Part shown: positions 8,801 to 20,200 of the stretch, one piece after another | Numbering within the stretch: position 1 is the first letter of the stretch | Layout: each line of letters starts with the position of its first letter | Origin: a virus | Taxonomy: Duplodnaviria > Caudoviricetes | DNA length: 64,000 nucleotides | Direction: 5' to 3' (one strand) | IMG/VR virus record: IMGVR_UViG_2890388907_000005 | Span: 16,217-80,216 of that record | Notes under the pieces: generated by a model | What the model saw: the letters and a program-made list of their open reading frames with translations, nothing else | Database searches by the model: none | What the model was told of the DNA's origin: nothing | Program-made: the position numbers and the translations under genes

Positions 8801-9763
8801 CAGCCACTGAACATCCAGGGTGGCGCCGCCGGAATAGGTGCCCTCGTCGAGATTGAGGGTGTCGCCGACGCGGGCGACACCGCTGATGGTCGGGGGGGAG
8901 ACGACGGTGGGCGGCGAGGTGCCGATCGCGGCGGAGAGGGTCGCGGTCGCGGTGGCGACGCCATGGTCGTTGCTGGCTTCGAGGCGGACCGAGATCGTGG
9001 CGCCGTGATCGGCGCTGACCAGCGTGTAGGTCGACGCCTGGGCACCGGCGATCGCTGCACCATTGCGCAGCCACTGATAGCCGACGCTGATGGGCGCGGC
9101 GCCAATCAGCGCCCCCGGCGTCGCGGTGAGGGTGGAGCCGACGATCGGCGTCCCCGTAACCGTCGAAGGCGTGGTGAAGACGGGGGTGACAGGGGTCGTG
9201 ATGGTGATGGGAGAGGTCGTGGCAACGGCCGAGTCGATCGCGTTCGACGCGCGCACCCGCAGGCTGATCTGCTTGGCAACATCGGCCGCGACCAGAACAA
9301 GGCTTTCGCCAACCGCGCCCGGGATCTCGGTCGCATCCCGCAGCCACTGGAACGTGAACTCGAAGGGCGGGGTGCCGCCCCAGTTGCCCGGCACATGGGT
9401 GAGGGTGTCGCCGATGAAGGGTTCCGGCAGTTCGGAGGTGATCGAGGGGGCGACCCGGAGGACGGGGGCCGACTGAGGACCGAGCAGATCGCCCAGATCC
9501 ACGGTTTCCATGTCGGGCACGGTGAGCGACAGCGGCGCGACTCGCCCGTTGATCTCGACGGACCCGGTGTAGGAGCCGGAGAACAGGCTGAACTCGACGC
9601 GCCCCTCACCATCTGCGGTGACCAGAACGTCGGCGGGGGCGATGACGGTGGGTTCCGCGGGATCGCCGGCAACCCCCTGCGTCCATTGGAGACGCAGTTT
9701 CGCATCGGGGACAGCGGCACCATCGGGGGTCCGGAAGATCCCCTTGATCTGGCAGATAGGCAT
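5843..9763 (-). CDS. Tail fibre/spike-like protein with Ig-like repeats, unassigned central domain and LamG-like C-terminus
   Basis: N-terminal MPICQIKGIFRTPDG; repeated QWLRNGxxIxGA...TY Ig-like units; TGATG coupling with the spanin gene. Confidence 0.75.
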   Translation of the reverse strand: MPICQIKGIFRTPDGAAVPDAKLRLQWTQGVAGDPAEPTVIAPADVLVTADGEGRVEFSLFSGSYTGSVEINGRVAPLSLTVPDMETVDLGDLLGPQSAPVLRVAPSITSELPEPFIGDTLTHVPGNWGGTPPFEFTFQWLRDATEIPGAVGESLVLVAADVAKQISLRVRASNAIDSAVATTSPITITTPVTPVFTTPSTVTGTPIVGSTLTATPGALIGAAPISVGYQWLRNGAAIAGAQASTYTLVSADHGATISVRLEASNDHGVATATATLSAAIGTSPPTVVSPPTISGVARVGDTLNLDEGTYSGGATLDVQWLRNGAAIPGAKALTYTVTGADLGANITARVIATNAGGPVTATSNLLGPVIPAGTGPAASVLRNYVDDDGVFPLSAPALVGQFVTGGDDWWVVPQGSVSWVAGGTAPSGDLNGDGHIGNGAMVNPAIATIGGKQAFDGYLGVNTGPGLSVAHTPADMTLNPDPDYTGVPYPLTVGESIVKSIRLAGVTDPNQWQTIGKYIRVHVLDAVPPADAYPPSASGLDKTLVRRSDVNMSVLRSVALPASITDQKAAVFSRIPEHISVWGRGGEARRRFRTELSIGSDNYSAGLAHWHAKFIALAHDVTTTPAERQMIVDTIIRFGIHLKGLRERGWNDDAKVGEGAGQSGGLSPWLYAAAFLLGDADLLEIARTTATNMVHTGFWAKEANVGQAVFGDTVSAQTFLPEHVDQPFVVPTVISSSLTRYTTIGLNITAWEHMPVMLLQAGPGGIDGIEAILDGPFDTTNDRAASLAYLAQADVFIPDLGSVYPLGDDWRDLYEAVLNITGHEQWTGRPMQLMQIGTSGSYNDDLFSTPADGAIGWDVSAYQYSTLPVTRVDVRYSLDGVQHVEEIDVPAAGSKGGLLRGAPHWCAIRLVNAAGEGAWSESHPYNTPITSGQDRGKRTPTGTGAAAAPVFVVNPAVHKRIYPDWDYPVWAPAGAALDPGEMIDGEMTLSAGVGYCTGYPAPNYTYQWLRNGSPIAGATAKTYVTNRTTDGGASIACAVTATNASDSATHTTTAVSVPEEVEPPAPLAFSRVAHARVETAPGSGVFATPRIQRFGGMLGAEDGVAGAFAGKIKLTGGDGTFREMFVTNTAGTRHIQMEFSNMNGLKIQMTDAAGAVAMLITQAGAGDFNTAKGEMLVLSAWDGATGAKHLYVNDVSRISTSAYVNNTPLKYSTTHNIGVLGQTNDSGQLPGETDYIYFDDSYIDFSDPAKRAVFASPQLLGAWGKGGNGKRPLCFFSGPASDWNNGLANKGRGGAFVAAGGTFTDV

Positions 9764-10008
9764 CAGTGCATTCCTTCTGGGGAGGACCGGAGGATCTGGT
9801 CGATGGAAGCGATCTTGTCGTTGGCGCACAGCCTGCCGGCCTTTTCGGCCAGGGCGGCGCGCAGGAGGGCGCCCTGAGTGACCGGCGCGGGGCCGGTCCA
9901 GCCGCTGCAGGGCGTCAGCATGTCGGCGGGGACCGCAACAGGCCCGGCGGCCGGATCAGGGCCACAGGCGGCGGGCAGCAGGCAGCAGGCGAGGATCAAG
10001 CGGCGCAT
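9763..10008 (-). CDS. o-spanin (Rz1-like lipoprotein)
   Basis: MRRLILACCLLPAAC lipobox; Pro-rich; overlaps the i-spanin 3' end in another frame. Confidence 0.8.
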   Translation of the reverse strand: MRRLILACCLLPAACGPDPAAGPVAVPADMLTPCSGWTGPAPVTQGALLRAALAEKAGRLCANDKIASIDQILRSSPEGMH

Positions 10009-10267
10009 CGGCCCCCTCCGTCTCTTGGATGTCCCGGTCGAAGGCCGCCGCATCGCTGACGATCCGCTCCAGCCGCTCGATATGGGCGCGGTGGACTTGG
10101 GCCGCGGCCTCGAACGCCTCGACACGCGCCTCCGTCTCCCGCAGGGCGACCGTCAGGGCGCCCGCCCGCCGCTGCTGCCAGAGCCCGAAGCCCAGCAGCA
10201 GAAGCATGCTGGTCAGAACGGCGCCGACCGCCAGCAAGCGCGCCTTGGCGAGCAGCGCCACGAACAT
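9956..10267 (-). CDS. i-spanin (Rz-like)
   Basis: N-terminal TM helix plus coiled coil, directly after the endolysin. Confidence 0.75.
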   Translation of the reverse strand: MFVALLAKARLLAVGAVLTSMLLLLGFGLWQQRRAGALTVALRETEARVEAFEAAAQVHRAHIERLERIVSDAAAFDRDIQETEGADAPLDPRLLPAARRLWP

Positions 10268-10731
10268 CAGGCCGCCCCCATCTGCTTCAGCCAGCCGGGG
10301 ACGTAGAACCCGGGGCAGGCCTTGGCCGCGTATTGGTTGTGGCCGCTCACCCGCTCGATGCGGGTGAGGCGCTTGAGGCGCGCGATCTGTTCGAGCAGCG
10401 CCTTCGCCTGGGTGTCGGTGAAATGGTCGCCGAAACTGTCCTCGGCCGAAGACGCGCCGCCGCCGATAAGGCAGATCCCGAGCGTGCCGTTGTTGTGGCC
10501 GACGACATGGGCGCCGATCTCGGTCAGCCCGCGCCCGGCGGCGACGGTGCCGTCGCGGTCGATGACCAGATGATAGCCGATGTCGCGCCAGCCGTTGTCC
10601 TCGACATGCCAGCGGCGGATCTCGGCCACCTTTTCCGAGGTCCGCGCCTTCGCCATCCAGCTGCGCGTCGTTGCGGAGCAATGGACGATGATTTCCTTCA
10701 CCGGGTAGCGTTTGGAGCCCTGAAAGATCAC
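10267..10731 (-). CDS. Endolysin, N-acetylmuramoyl-L-alanine amidase (T7-lysozyme-like)
   Basis: IIVHCSAT, GWRDIGYH, GAHVVGHN, GHNQYAAKACP. Confidence 0.93.
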   Translation of the reverse strand: MIFQGSKRYPVKEIIVHCSATTRSWMAKARTSEKVAEIRRWHVEDNGWRDIGYHLVIDRDGTVAAGRGLTEIGAHVVGHNNGTLGICLIGGGASSAEDSFGDHFTDTQAKALLEQIARLKRLTRIERVSGHNQYAAKACPGFYVPGWLKQMGAA

Positions 10732-10732
10732 G

Positions 10733-11125
10733 TCAATCCTCCTTGACGATGGGGGGGAGAACGCGGTCGATGACGCGATCGGCGACGCGGTCGGATCGCG
10801 CCTCGACCAGCCCGGCGACCCGGAGGGCCATCCGAGTGATGCGGCGGGAGAAGAAGCCGGTGATCGCCATGATCGCCTGCACCGGGGCGTTGGGCAGCCA
10901 GATCGGGATGGCGATGGCGGCGAGGTGGGAGGCGAGGAACGCGCCCAGCATCACGAGCCACAGCTCGCGCTGGTCCTGTTCCGGGTCGGACCGCATGGCG
11001 AAGGCGGCCCCGGCCAGCGCCAGGAACATCCCGCCGATCCACTGATGTGGGGCAAAGGTGATGCCGAGCCCCGCCAAGGCGAGGGTCAGCCAGTCTTTCG
11101 CAAAGTCGGCGGCCTGATCCCGCAT
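10733..11125 (-). CDS. Putative holin
   Basis: Several TM helices, basic C-terminus, GAGGAG RBS, immediately upstream of the endolysin. Confidence 0.75.
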   Translation of the reverse strand: MRDQAADFAKDWLTLALAGLGITFAPHQWIGGMFLALAGAAFAMRSDPEQDQRELWLVMLGAFLASHLAAIAIPIWLPNAPVQAIMAITGFFSRRITRMALRVAGLVEARSDRVADRVIDRVLPPIVKED

Positions 11126-11162
11126 GGTGGCTCCTCGTTTCTGCCGGAGGCAGGGAACGGAG

Positions 11163-11177
11163 CGCACTTCCTATGCG
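11163..11177 (-). promoter_or_regulatory. GGA-loop hairpin in holin leader (motif copy 1)
   Basis: Minus strand CGCAT-AGGAA-GTGCG. Confidence 0.7.
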
Positions 11178-11215
11178 TTCACGGGAACAGGTCTACCAGA
11201 TGTCGCCCCGCCCCG

Positions 11216-14200
11216 CTAGTTGTAGATGGCGGGGGCGAGGCCTTCACGCAGGCGTCTATCCAGCTTCTGGTTCAGGCTGACGCCGCCCTCGTTCCGTTCG
11301 GAGGATCGCTGTCTCGCCTGCACCGACTGCCGGATCGTGTCGGAGGTGATCGGGTATTCGGGCCAGCGGGCATTGAAATCGCGGATCGCATCCAGAACCC
11401 CGTCCGGGATCGCGTCGCCCGCCCGGATCGCGTCGCCGGCGCGCCGGTGCAGCCGCTTCCTCTCCTCGATGACCTCGGCCTCCTTGTTCTTGAGACGCGA
11501 GTTGATGTCGTAGCGTTCGGCGATGCGCGCGGGGGTGAAGCCGTTGGCCTGCAGGAGCAAGCCCCAGGGGCTGACATCCTCGACGATCAGGTCGCCGTTC
11601 CGGGTGGTGACGCCTTCGGCGGCATAGCGCCCGGCCCTGATGACGTCGCGGGCGAATTTCGGAACCAGCGCCTCGATGCCCCGCGCATAGTCGCCATCGG
11701 CAACATTCTGGGCGCCGCGGCCCATGCTGAACAGGATCCCGACCGTTGGACCAAGGGCTTCGTTGACATAGTGCTGCACCATGTCCTGCCCCTCAAGATC
11801 GCGGTCCGGGGGGCGGAACCAGAGGTTCGGCATGCCGATCCGCTCGGACAGGGCGATCCCGGTGACCTGCCCGGGAACCCCGTTCAGTGCGGCCCCCATG
11901 GCGAAGTTCCATGCCGCCGCGCCGGGGGTGTCCTTCTCGGCGAGCAGGGCGTCCTGCAGCCATTCCTCCAGGTCATCGGAGTCGCCGGGGAAGAACAGCG
12001 CCAGCAGCCCCATGACCAGGCCATAGCCCCAGGTGCCTGTGATGCCGGCATGCGCCATCATCGACAGGGTGACGCCCACCAGCTGCACCCGGGCTTCCCG
12101 CCTCTCCTCGGCACTGGCTCCATGCAGCGATTGGTGGGCGTCGCGGAACAGCCGGTAGAGCGAGTTGACGGTGAACTGCCTGAACTGAAGGAACAGCTTC
12201 GGCCAATCCCCCTGCATCATCCTCGGACGATCGCTGTTCTGATAGCTGAAATGGATGCGCCAGGTCAGATCTGCGGCGCGGTCGATGGCGAGATCATGGG
12301 GAACACCCTCGCCACGCGCGAGCCGGTAGGCGGCGAGATAGGTGATCTCGCGGTTGAACCTCTCGGCATGATGGAAACCCCAGCCGATCCGGCGCATCCA
12401 TTTCTCACGCCAGGGATTGAACTCCACCCCCGATTCCGCGACCGCGGCGAGATCATGGGCCTGCGTCTTGTCGATGACGCCGCGCCGGTAGCCCTCCGCC
12501 ATCGCCGCCTTTTCCGCGTCGCCGATGTCGGCGTTCTCGACGCTCCATTGATCCTTCCAGGAGGCCCCACGGCCGCGCCCGAAGTCCTTCGCGGCTTGGC
12601 CAAGCGCACCGACGATGTCGCCCAGAGAGGTGCGCGCGAAGGCCGCCCGCATCATCGCGGGACCGATCACCGTGGTCTGCGTGAGGTTGACGATGGCCGC
12701 GGCCGGCGAGACCCCCAGATACCAGACGAAAGCCAGAGAGGATGCGGCAGCCGACCAGCCGGAGCCGGTCGGGTTCATCGTCCACTCCTTCCGCCTGTTC
12801 ATCTCGTTGACCAGCGCGACCATGCGATTGCGGTCCGCGGAGACCGCGGCTTCGTCGAAGGCATCCTCGACGGCATCCTCGAGGTCGATGCCATGCTTGA
12901 GGCGCGCCAGCTGGTGGGCGCCGTGGAACATGTGGTGAGAGAAGGCGCGCAGGGCGTCCCTGTTCCAGCCTTCGCGCCCCTTGCGGTGGATCTTGGAGGT
13001 GCGGATCGACTGGTCGGGCAGCGTTTCCAGCCAGCGTTGCCAGATCATGTCCATGACCTCGGCCGACACATCCGCCCCGGCCAGCATCGTTTCGATGTCG
13101 GCGACGAAGGTCGGATCGACCTGATCGCGCAGCCCCCCGCGCTTCGCCAGAAGGCCATGCTCCACCCGCCCGGGGTGGGAGGCCTCCATTTCCTTGACAT
13201 GGGCGGCCTGCTTCGCCTCGGTCTCGAAGCGCGAGAAGCTGATGACCTTGCCCTCGGTGTCCCGCACCGTCACGAAATAGTCGCCGAAGCGCGCCAGCGG
13301 GAAATACGGGCCCTTGAGCCGGTTGCTCTCGAACTGTCGGCGCAACTCCTTCATCCGTGCCCCGGAGCCCCAGCCGCCCCGCAGCTTCACCTTGTCCAGT
13401 CTCTCCTTCGCCTCGGCCTCGGCCGCGGCCCTCTCCTCGGCTTCAAGGCCCTCGTCGGCGATCCTGCGCATCTCGCGGCGATACTCCTTCTCCGCGCGCT
13501 TCATCGCAATCTTCGTCGCCTTCTCGATGTTCTCGACGATGGCGCGCTCGAAGTCGTTGCCCAGCCGGTCGTATTCCCGCATCACCTCGCCGTAGAGGGC
13601 ACGATGCGCCTCGGGCAGGGCCTGATACATCTCCGAGATGCGGGCGTAGGCGCGGCGGCGGCGGGCGGCATACTCGACCTGATCCTTGGCCCAGAGCGGG
13701 GCGTCATCGCCGTAGCGGCTGATCGCATCCCGCGCCCGGTCCAGCCACGCGCTGTTCCAGGTATCGGGTCCGGTGGGATCGACGCCGGCCTGGGTGGAGC
13801 GATGCATGAGGTCCATCAGCGCCGCATTCGCGGCGGGATCCTTGGCGGCGAGATCATACCATTTCTCCGCGACGCCGGCGGAGCGGGAATGCCACTGGTT
13901 GCGCAGCGCATCCATCTCGTCCTTCACCCGCAGATAGCGGCGCGCCCCGTTCAGATGCTTCCCCATCTCCGCGAACAGTGGTCGCCCCGGCACCAGCGCG
14001 AGAAGCGACAGGTTCTCCGCCGCCATCCGGTCGGTGATGATCGAGGAGACCCAGCGGCTCACCGACTGCCGGTCGATCCGGCCCAGCGTCCCGCGGAACC
14101 GGTCCCGCGACGGGATCAGCCCCGCCCGTAGCTCGCTGGATCCCGAAGCATCGCCCGTATGATTTCCGCCGCCTCGGCGTCGTCCTTCATCAAGGACTCG

Positions 14201-17200
14201 AACTCGGACGGCGTCAGCGGATTTATAATTCGCGAGGTATCGGGCCTCGGACTCGGTGAGGGAGTCGAAGCCGTGGCCTGTGGCGGCGATGAAGTCTGGT
14301 TCGAGGTCGCCATGCCGCTCGCGCAATCTGGAAAGGGTTTCCGGGGACAACGTCAATGTGGCGCTATACTGCTTCCCGGTCAAGGCGACAGCCCCGATGA
14401 CCCTTCCGCCGCCGGCTTCGATATGGGCGGCCAGCGTGGCGAAGGTGCCGCCTTGCGTCAGTGTATCGTCCAGCAGCAGGTAGTCCCGGCCAGGTTCCAC
14501 CGGGCCATTGAAGACGGGTTGCGCGAAGATGCGGTCCAGGCCGCCCAGCGCGGTGCGGTGCGGGGCATTGGTCTGGCCGATCCCCGTCGCGGGCTCAAGG
14601 CCCAGCCGGGCGGCCAGAACCTCGGCCGCCGCCCGCGGGATCTTGTTGCGCCCCGTCGCTTCTTCGGCCACGACCGGGACGATCAGGGGCTTTGCATCGC
14701 CCAGGGCGGCCCTGACCTGCGCGACCAGATCGTCGGTCACCTTGTCGACGGCCAGGCGCGTCGCGGCGGCAAGATCGCCAGCCTTGGCGGCGGCATAGTC
14801 TGGGTGCGAGGAGACCGAGGCGAGTTCGCCGGCGATGATGACCCGGGGGATGGACACCCGCCCGCGCATCTCGGCGCCCATGTCGGCACCCGCGGCGCGC
14901 CGGCTGCCGCCCGGCCCCTGCGGCCCGCGTCCCCCGATCTCGCCCCGCGCGATTTGCTCCATCGTCATCGCCGCGGAGACGAAGCCCCGGCCGCGCAGCA
15001 GGTTTGCCACGGCCTCGACAAAGGCGCGGATGCGCGCCAGCGCCCGGCCCGCCGGTCCGGTGGCCTCACGGCCCTGCGCCCAGAGCCGATAGAGCTCGGC
15101 AACAGCTTCCTCGGCCTGCTTGGCGTCGGTGAGATCGGGATAGCGGGTCCGCACCCAGTCCATGATCTCGGCATCGGCGCGGGCGGCACGTTCCAGCGCC
15201 GCCCATTCTTCCGGCCGGAACAGCCCGAGCGGACGGTTCCAGAGCCGTTCGCTGCGCAGCGCATGGATGATTTCGTGGCGCATGACCCCGCGGGCGTCAT
15301 CCCCGGCGGCAACGTCGATGCGCCCGCCGCCGGCGGTTCTGAAGGTGCCCTTCACCTCGACGCCCGACGCGCCCAGCAGCAGGCGAACCGCGCGGACGGT
15401 CACCTTCTGGTCGAGCCCGTGCGCTTTGAGATCGGCGTTGAGATCGCGGGTGATCCCGGCGAGATCGGCCTCGGCGAGTTCGTCGCCTCCCGGGGTGGCG
15501 ACGACGGGCCGGTCGCGCATCTCCGCGGCGGCTTCCGCCGCCTCATCGCCGCGCCTCATCTTCGACCCTTCGGAGATCTCCGGAGCCTCGAAGGCGCGTT
15601 CGTCATAGAGCGGGACGCCGCTTTCGCTCCTGACCTCCATGTAGGGGACGTCGCCTTGTTCGGTGGACACGAACCAGCCGGTGGCGAGCCAGCGATGGCC
15701 GGTGACCACCCGCTCCTCCCCATCGACATAGATCAGGGTGTCCAGTGGCGCGCCGGCGCGGAGCCAGCCCGGTGCCGGCACCGGGTTCGCCTCCATGTCG
15801 GCGAGGATGGCGTCGCGCTGCGCCTGCTTCTTCGCGAGGTCCCCGGCCTGCTGGAACGGTTCGTCCTGCGCGCGCTCCAGCCGCGCCAGCATCGCCCCGT
15901 TCTCGTCGATCAGCCTTTCGCTGTCGGAAACCGCGTCGGCGATCCGGCGGATGGCCGCCTCGATCGACGGCAGGGTCATCTTGCCGACCCGTCGCTCCGA
16001 CTTGCGGATGATGTCGATCGACACGTCTTCGACGCGATAGGAATAGCTCGGCTTCTCCAGGCGGATGGCGAAGCCGTTCACCTCGACTGGAACGATCTCC
16101 GTGGAGCCTTTGCCCATGCGGGTGGCGGCTTTCGCCAAGAATTCCGCGATGGCGACCTCCGCCGGAGCGCGTTCATCGAACCTCTTGCCGTCTACGGTGG
16201 CGGAGAAGGTGCCTGCCGCCCGGATCCCGGCGACATGGGCGGCATCGTTGCGCAGCGGCGGCAGCGTCTTTTCGAGCGCCTCGGTCTGGGCGGTGATCTG
16301 GCGGATGCGGCGGGTGGCATCGGCGATGCCGGCGACATGGATGCGTTCGCGCGCCTGCAGCCTCTCCACCGCCTTGTTGAGCTTGGAGACCAGCATGAGG
16401 CGGGGGTCACCGGCGGCTTCGGACAAGGTGTCGGAGAGCGAGCCACCATCCATTGCCTCGGCATCGTCGGTGGCGTCGCCCTCGATGACCCGCACCCCCT
16501 CCTTTGCCCTGAGAAAGGCCTTGATAAAGCGTTCCTTGATCGCCAGAACCTGCCAGCGCCGGCCATCAAGCCCCTCGGTCAGATAGCGGTATTCCTCCAC
16601 CGTGTTCCAGGTGTTGCCCTGCCGCTCGCCCCGGCCGTTGCGCTGTTCGAGATCGCCCGGCATCCATGGCGCATCGAGGTGGTGCATCGCCCGCAGGTAT
16701 TTCTGCATGTTGACGCCGACACCCAGGGTCTTGGTCTGGCCGATCACGACGCGGATCTTCAAGGCGTTCATCGCGTCGGCGATGGCCTTCTTCTCCTCGG
16801 CGCTGACCCCGCCGGCGACGATGGCGATTTCCTCGCGCCTAACTCCCTTGGCAACCAGTTTCGCGACAATGTCGTCGGCAAGATTGAACTTCCGCTTCTT
16901 CGTGCGGGTCTTGTTGCCGTCCGCATCGGTGCGCGTGGACACGGTTTCCGAGGAGTAGCCCTCGTCCATGAACAGCACCTGGGTCGCCATCGGCTGGTCC
17001 AGGTAGATCTGCGCGATCCTCCTGACCGCCCGGTTCGCTTTGGACAGCGGGTGGTCCTCGGCGTCGGGCTCCTGCAGGCGCGTATCCATCGAGGCGCGGT
17101 TGGGGACGTTGTTGAAGACGATGGGGGAGTCCGGCCCACCGCCGCGCATGATCTCCCGCCGCTGCTTCCCGTTCGCCTGCTTGAAGGCGCGGGCGTAATA

Positions 17201-20200
17201 GATCACCTCGTCGAGGATGCGACGCTGGTCCCCGCCCATCGGCCCGATGTCGTTGATGATCTTCTTGTAGGGGCGGCCCTGCGGCTTTTCGGTGCGGCCG
17301 TTTTCGAGGAAGTCGCGATCAGCGTCGGTCAGATCCTTGCTGCGCATCGTCTTGCCGTCCGCCGTGGCGCGCGGCTTGAACTCCGGCATGTCGGAGGCGA
17401 AGACGATGTCCATGAACTGGCCGGCGAGCTGGCGCAGTTCGCTGACGTTGATGAAGGCGGCCAGCCGTTCGACATTCTCGAACTCGCCGGTCGAGGTGAG
17501 TTCGACGTCGCTGATCGTGTCCGCGAACGCCTTGAAGAAGCCGTCCCAGGTATCGACCTTGGCCGCCCGCATCACGTCGTCCATGGCGTAGAACATCTGG
17601 TGGTAGATTTCCGCCAGGGTGTTCGTGATCGGGGTGCCGGTGAAGACGTGGACCCCGGTGCCATTGCGCTGCGATTTCACATAGGAGGTGAGGAAGCGCA
17701 GGGCCAACGACTTGTTGGAGGTGCCGAGGTTGAGCCCCTTGACCTGCATGCGCGTGGCCAGCGGCGGCTTCTTGAACTCGTGGGATTCGTCGACAAGGAT
17801 CATGTCGACGCCCAGTTTCTCGAAGCTGATGGCACCCTCGCGGCTCGCGCGCTGCGCCTGCTTCTCGATCTGGTTCAGCAGGTTCTTCCGGGCCTTGACC
17901 ATCTCCTTCGCGGTGACGCCCAGCCGCATCTTCTTGATCTTCTCGGGATCGTCCATGTCCTCGACGCTGAGGCTGAACCCGTCATCGGCCGCGGCGGCGA
18001 TGGCTTCACGCTCGTAGGCCGCGATTTCCTCCTCGGCCATCACCATCAGCGTGTCGTGGGTCAGCGCCAGCCGATCCAGCAGCGAGTGGGGGATCACGAT
18101 CAGATCCCAGTCGTCGGTTGCGATGCGCGCGAGTTCGGTGTCGATCGTCGCGGGGGAGAGGTTGTTGATGTAGAGGATCTTCGCGCCGGGATAGGTGTCC
18201 TGCGCTTCCGCGGCGACGGCGGCGGAGTTGGCGTTGTGAGCGATCAGCAGCGGCTTCCTCGCCAGCCCGAACCGCCGGCTTTCAACCGCGATCCCGGTCA
18301 TCGTGATCGTCTTGCCGGTGCCCACCTCATGGCCATAGATGCCGCGCTGGTTCAGGATGCCCCGCCAGATCGCGTTGGCCTGATGCTGGCGCAGATTGAA
18401 CGGCTCATCCCCTCGCGTCAGGGCCATGCCCGGGAATTCGAGGAAGCTGCCGTCGATCTGCGGCGTCGCCGTGTTGTTCATCGCCTCGTTGTAGGCGCGC
18501 TCCGCCTCGACGCGGCGCTCGGGCTCGGACCAGAGCCATGCCCCGAATTTCTGACGGAGATCCGCGGCCTTCTGGTTCGCGGTCTCCGTTGCCCTGGTAT
18601 CCTTGTAGGTGCCGTCCTGGTCCTCATAGGTGACGGTGATGGTCTGGGTGTTCAGCGTCGCCTCGAAGAACCGGGCCAGCGAAAGCCCGGTGCCTCGCCG
18701 ACCCGGGAGAGGCGCGCCGGTGATGTCGGAGGCGCCGGGCATATGTGCGACGCGGTCGGAGAATTCGACGCGCCATCCGGTCATCGCCCGGGTCAGCTTC
18801 ACATCGTTCTCGTCGGGGTTGGCCAGCCCGAGGGTTTCGATGATGAAGGCGCGGTTGATCCCGGCATCGACCCAGTCGGCGCCGAACCGCGCCTCGATCT
18901 GGAAATAGGGCACATCCGGCGGCTGCACCGCTTCGAGCGCGGCGACAGAAGCTGCCATGTCCTCGCCGCCGTCCAGCGCCTCGCGCGCCGCCGCCAGCTT
19001 CACCCTGACGTTGCCGGCGAGATAGCGGTCGCTGGTCTCGTAGCCGCCGCCCGGCGTCCGGTAGATCGCCTTGCTGTCGAGCAGATCGGCGATGACCGTC
19101 TCCGCCGGCTGCTTCGCCAGCTCCGCGACGCGCTCGATGTCGAGAATGGCACTCTCGTTCCGCGCGATCACGAAGGCTTCGCGGATCGACGGGTTGTCCA
19201 GCTTCTGTGCAGCCCGGACCACCGCCTTGGTCATGATCGCGGCGGGCGTTCCATCGCCGTTTTCGAGTGCTGCGACGAGGCCTGCGTTCGGATCGCGCAG
19301 CTTCTTCAGGACGGATAGGGCGAAGCTGTCGCCGATCGGACCATGCGCCTTGACGAAGCCGTCATAGGCCAGCTTCAGCGTCTTGCGTTTCGCCTCCGCA
19401 TCGGCGGCGCCGGCCCGGTCGGCTTCCATCACGGCGTCGGCGGCGCGCCGCACCTCGATCAGTCGCCCGATCTCGGCCATCCGCTTCGCGGTCTCCGTCG
19501 CGCTCTTGGTGGCGATCTTGGCGACATCCTCGAGCCGGGCCATGTTGTCGCCCTGGACCTGATAGAGATTGCCGTCATCGCCGCGGGTGATGGAGAGGAT
19601 GCGATCCCGGGTGGTCGTGGCGACGAAGCGGGGTTCCTTTCCGCGCCGCGCCGGCTGATAGGCATCGGCCGGCAGCGCCGATGCGATGGCCTTGAGACGC
19701 GCGGCGAGATCCGCCGGCCGGTTCACGATCATGCCGGCCTTGCCATAGGTGGTGCCGTGGCCGGTGGTCAGTTCGCCCAGCACATGCGAGGGGTTGTCCA
19801 GGAAATACTGGTTGACGTGGATCTCCTGCCCCGCGGGCGAGGTCCACGGCACCGATTGGACCCACCTCTCGCCTTCGGCGCTCGCCTTCGGTTCCGCGCG
19901 CTTGCGCAGGATGATGATGTCGGTGACGACGCGGGTGCCCGCATATTTCTCGAACGCGCCGCTCGGCAGCCGGTAGGCGGCGACCAGCTCCGCATTCTTG
20001 GCGAGGTGGTTGCGGATCACCCGGTTCTTCTGGCCGTCCATGGAGAAGGCCGAGGTGATGCCGACGACAAGCCCGCCCGCGCGCACCTGATCCAGCGCCT
20101 TGAGGAAGAAATAGTCGTGCAGGCTCGGGGTCAGCCGGTCGTAGCGGCGATCCGGCACCTTGATGTTGGCGAAGGGCCAGTTGCCGATGACCAGATCGTA

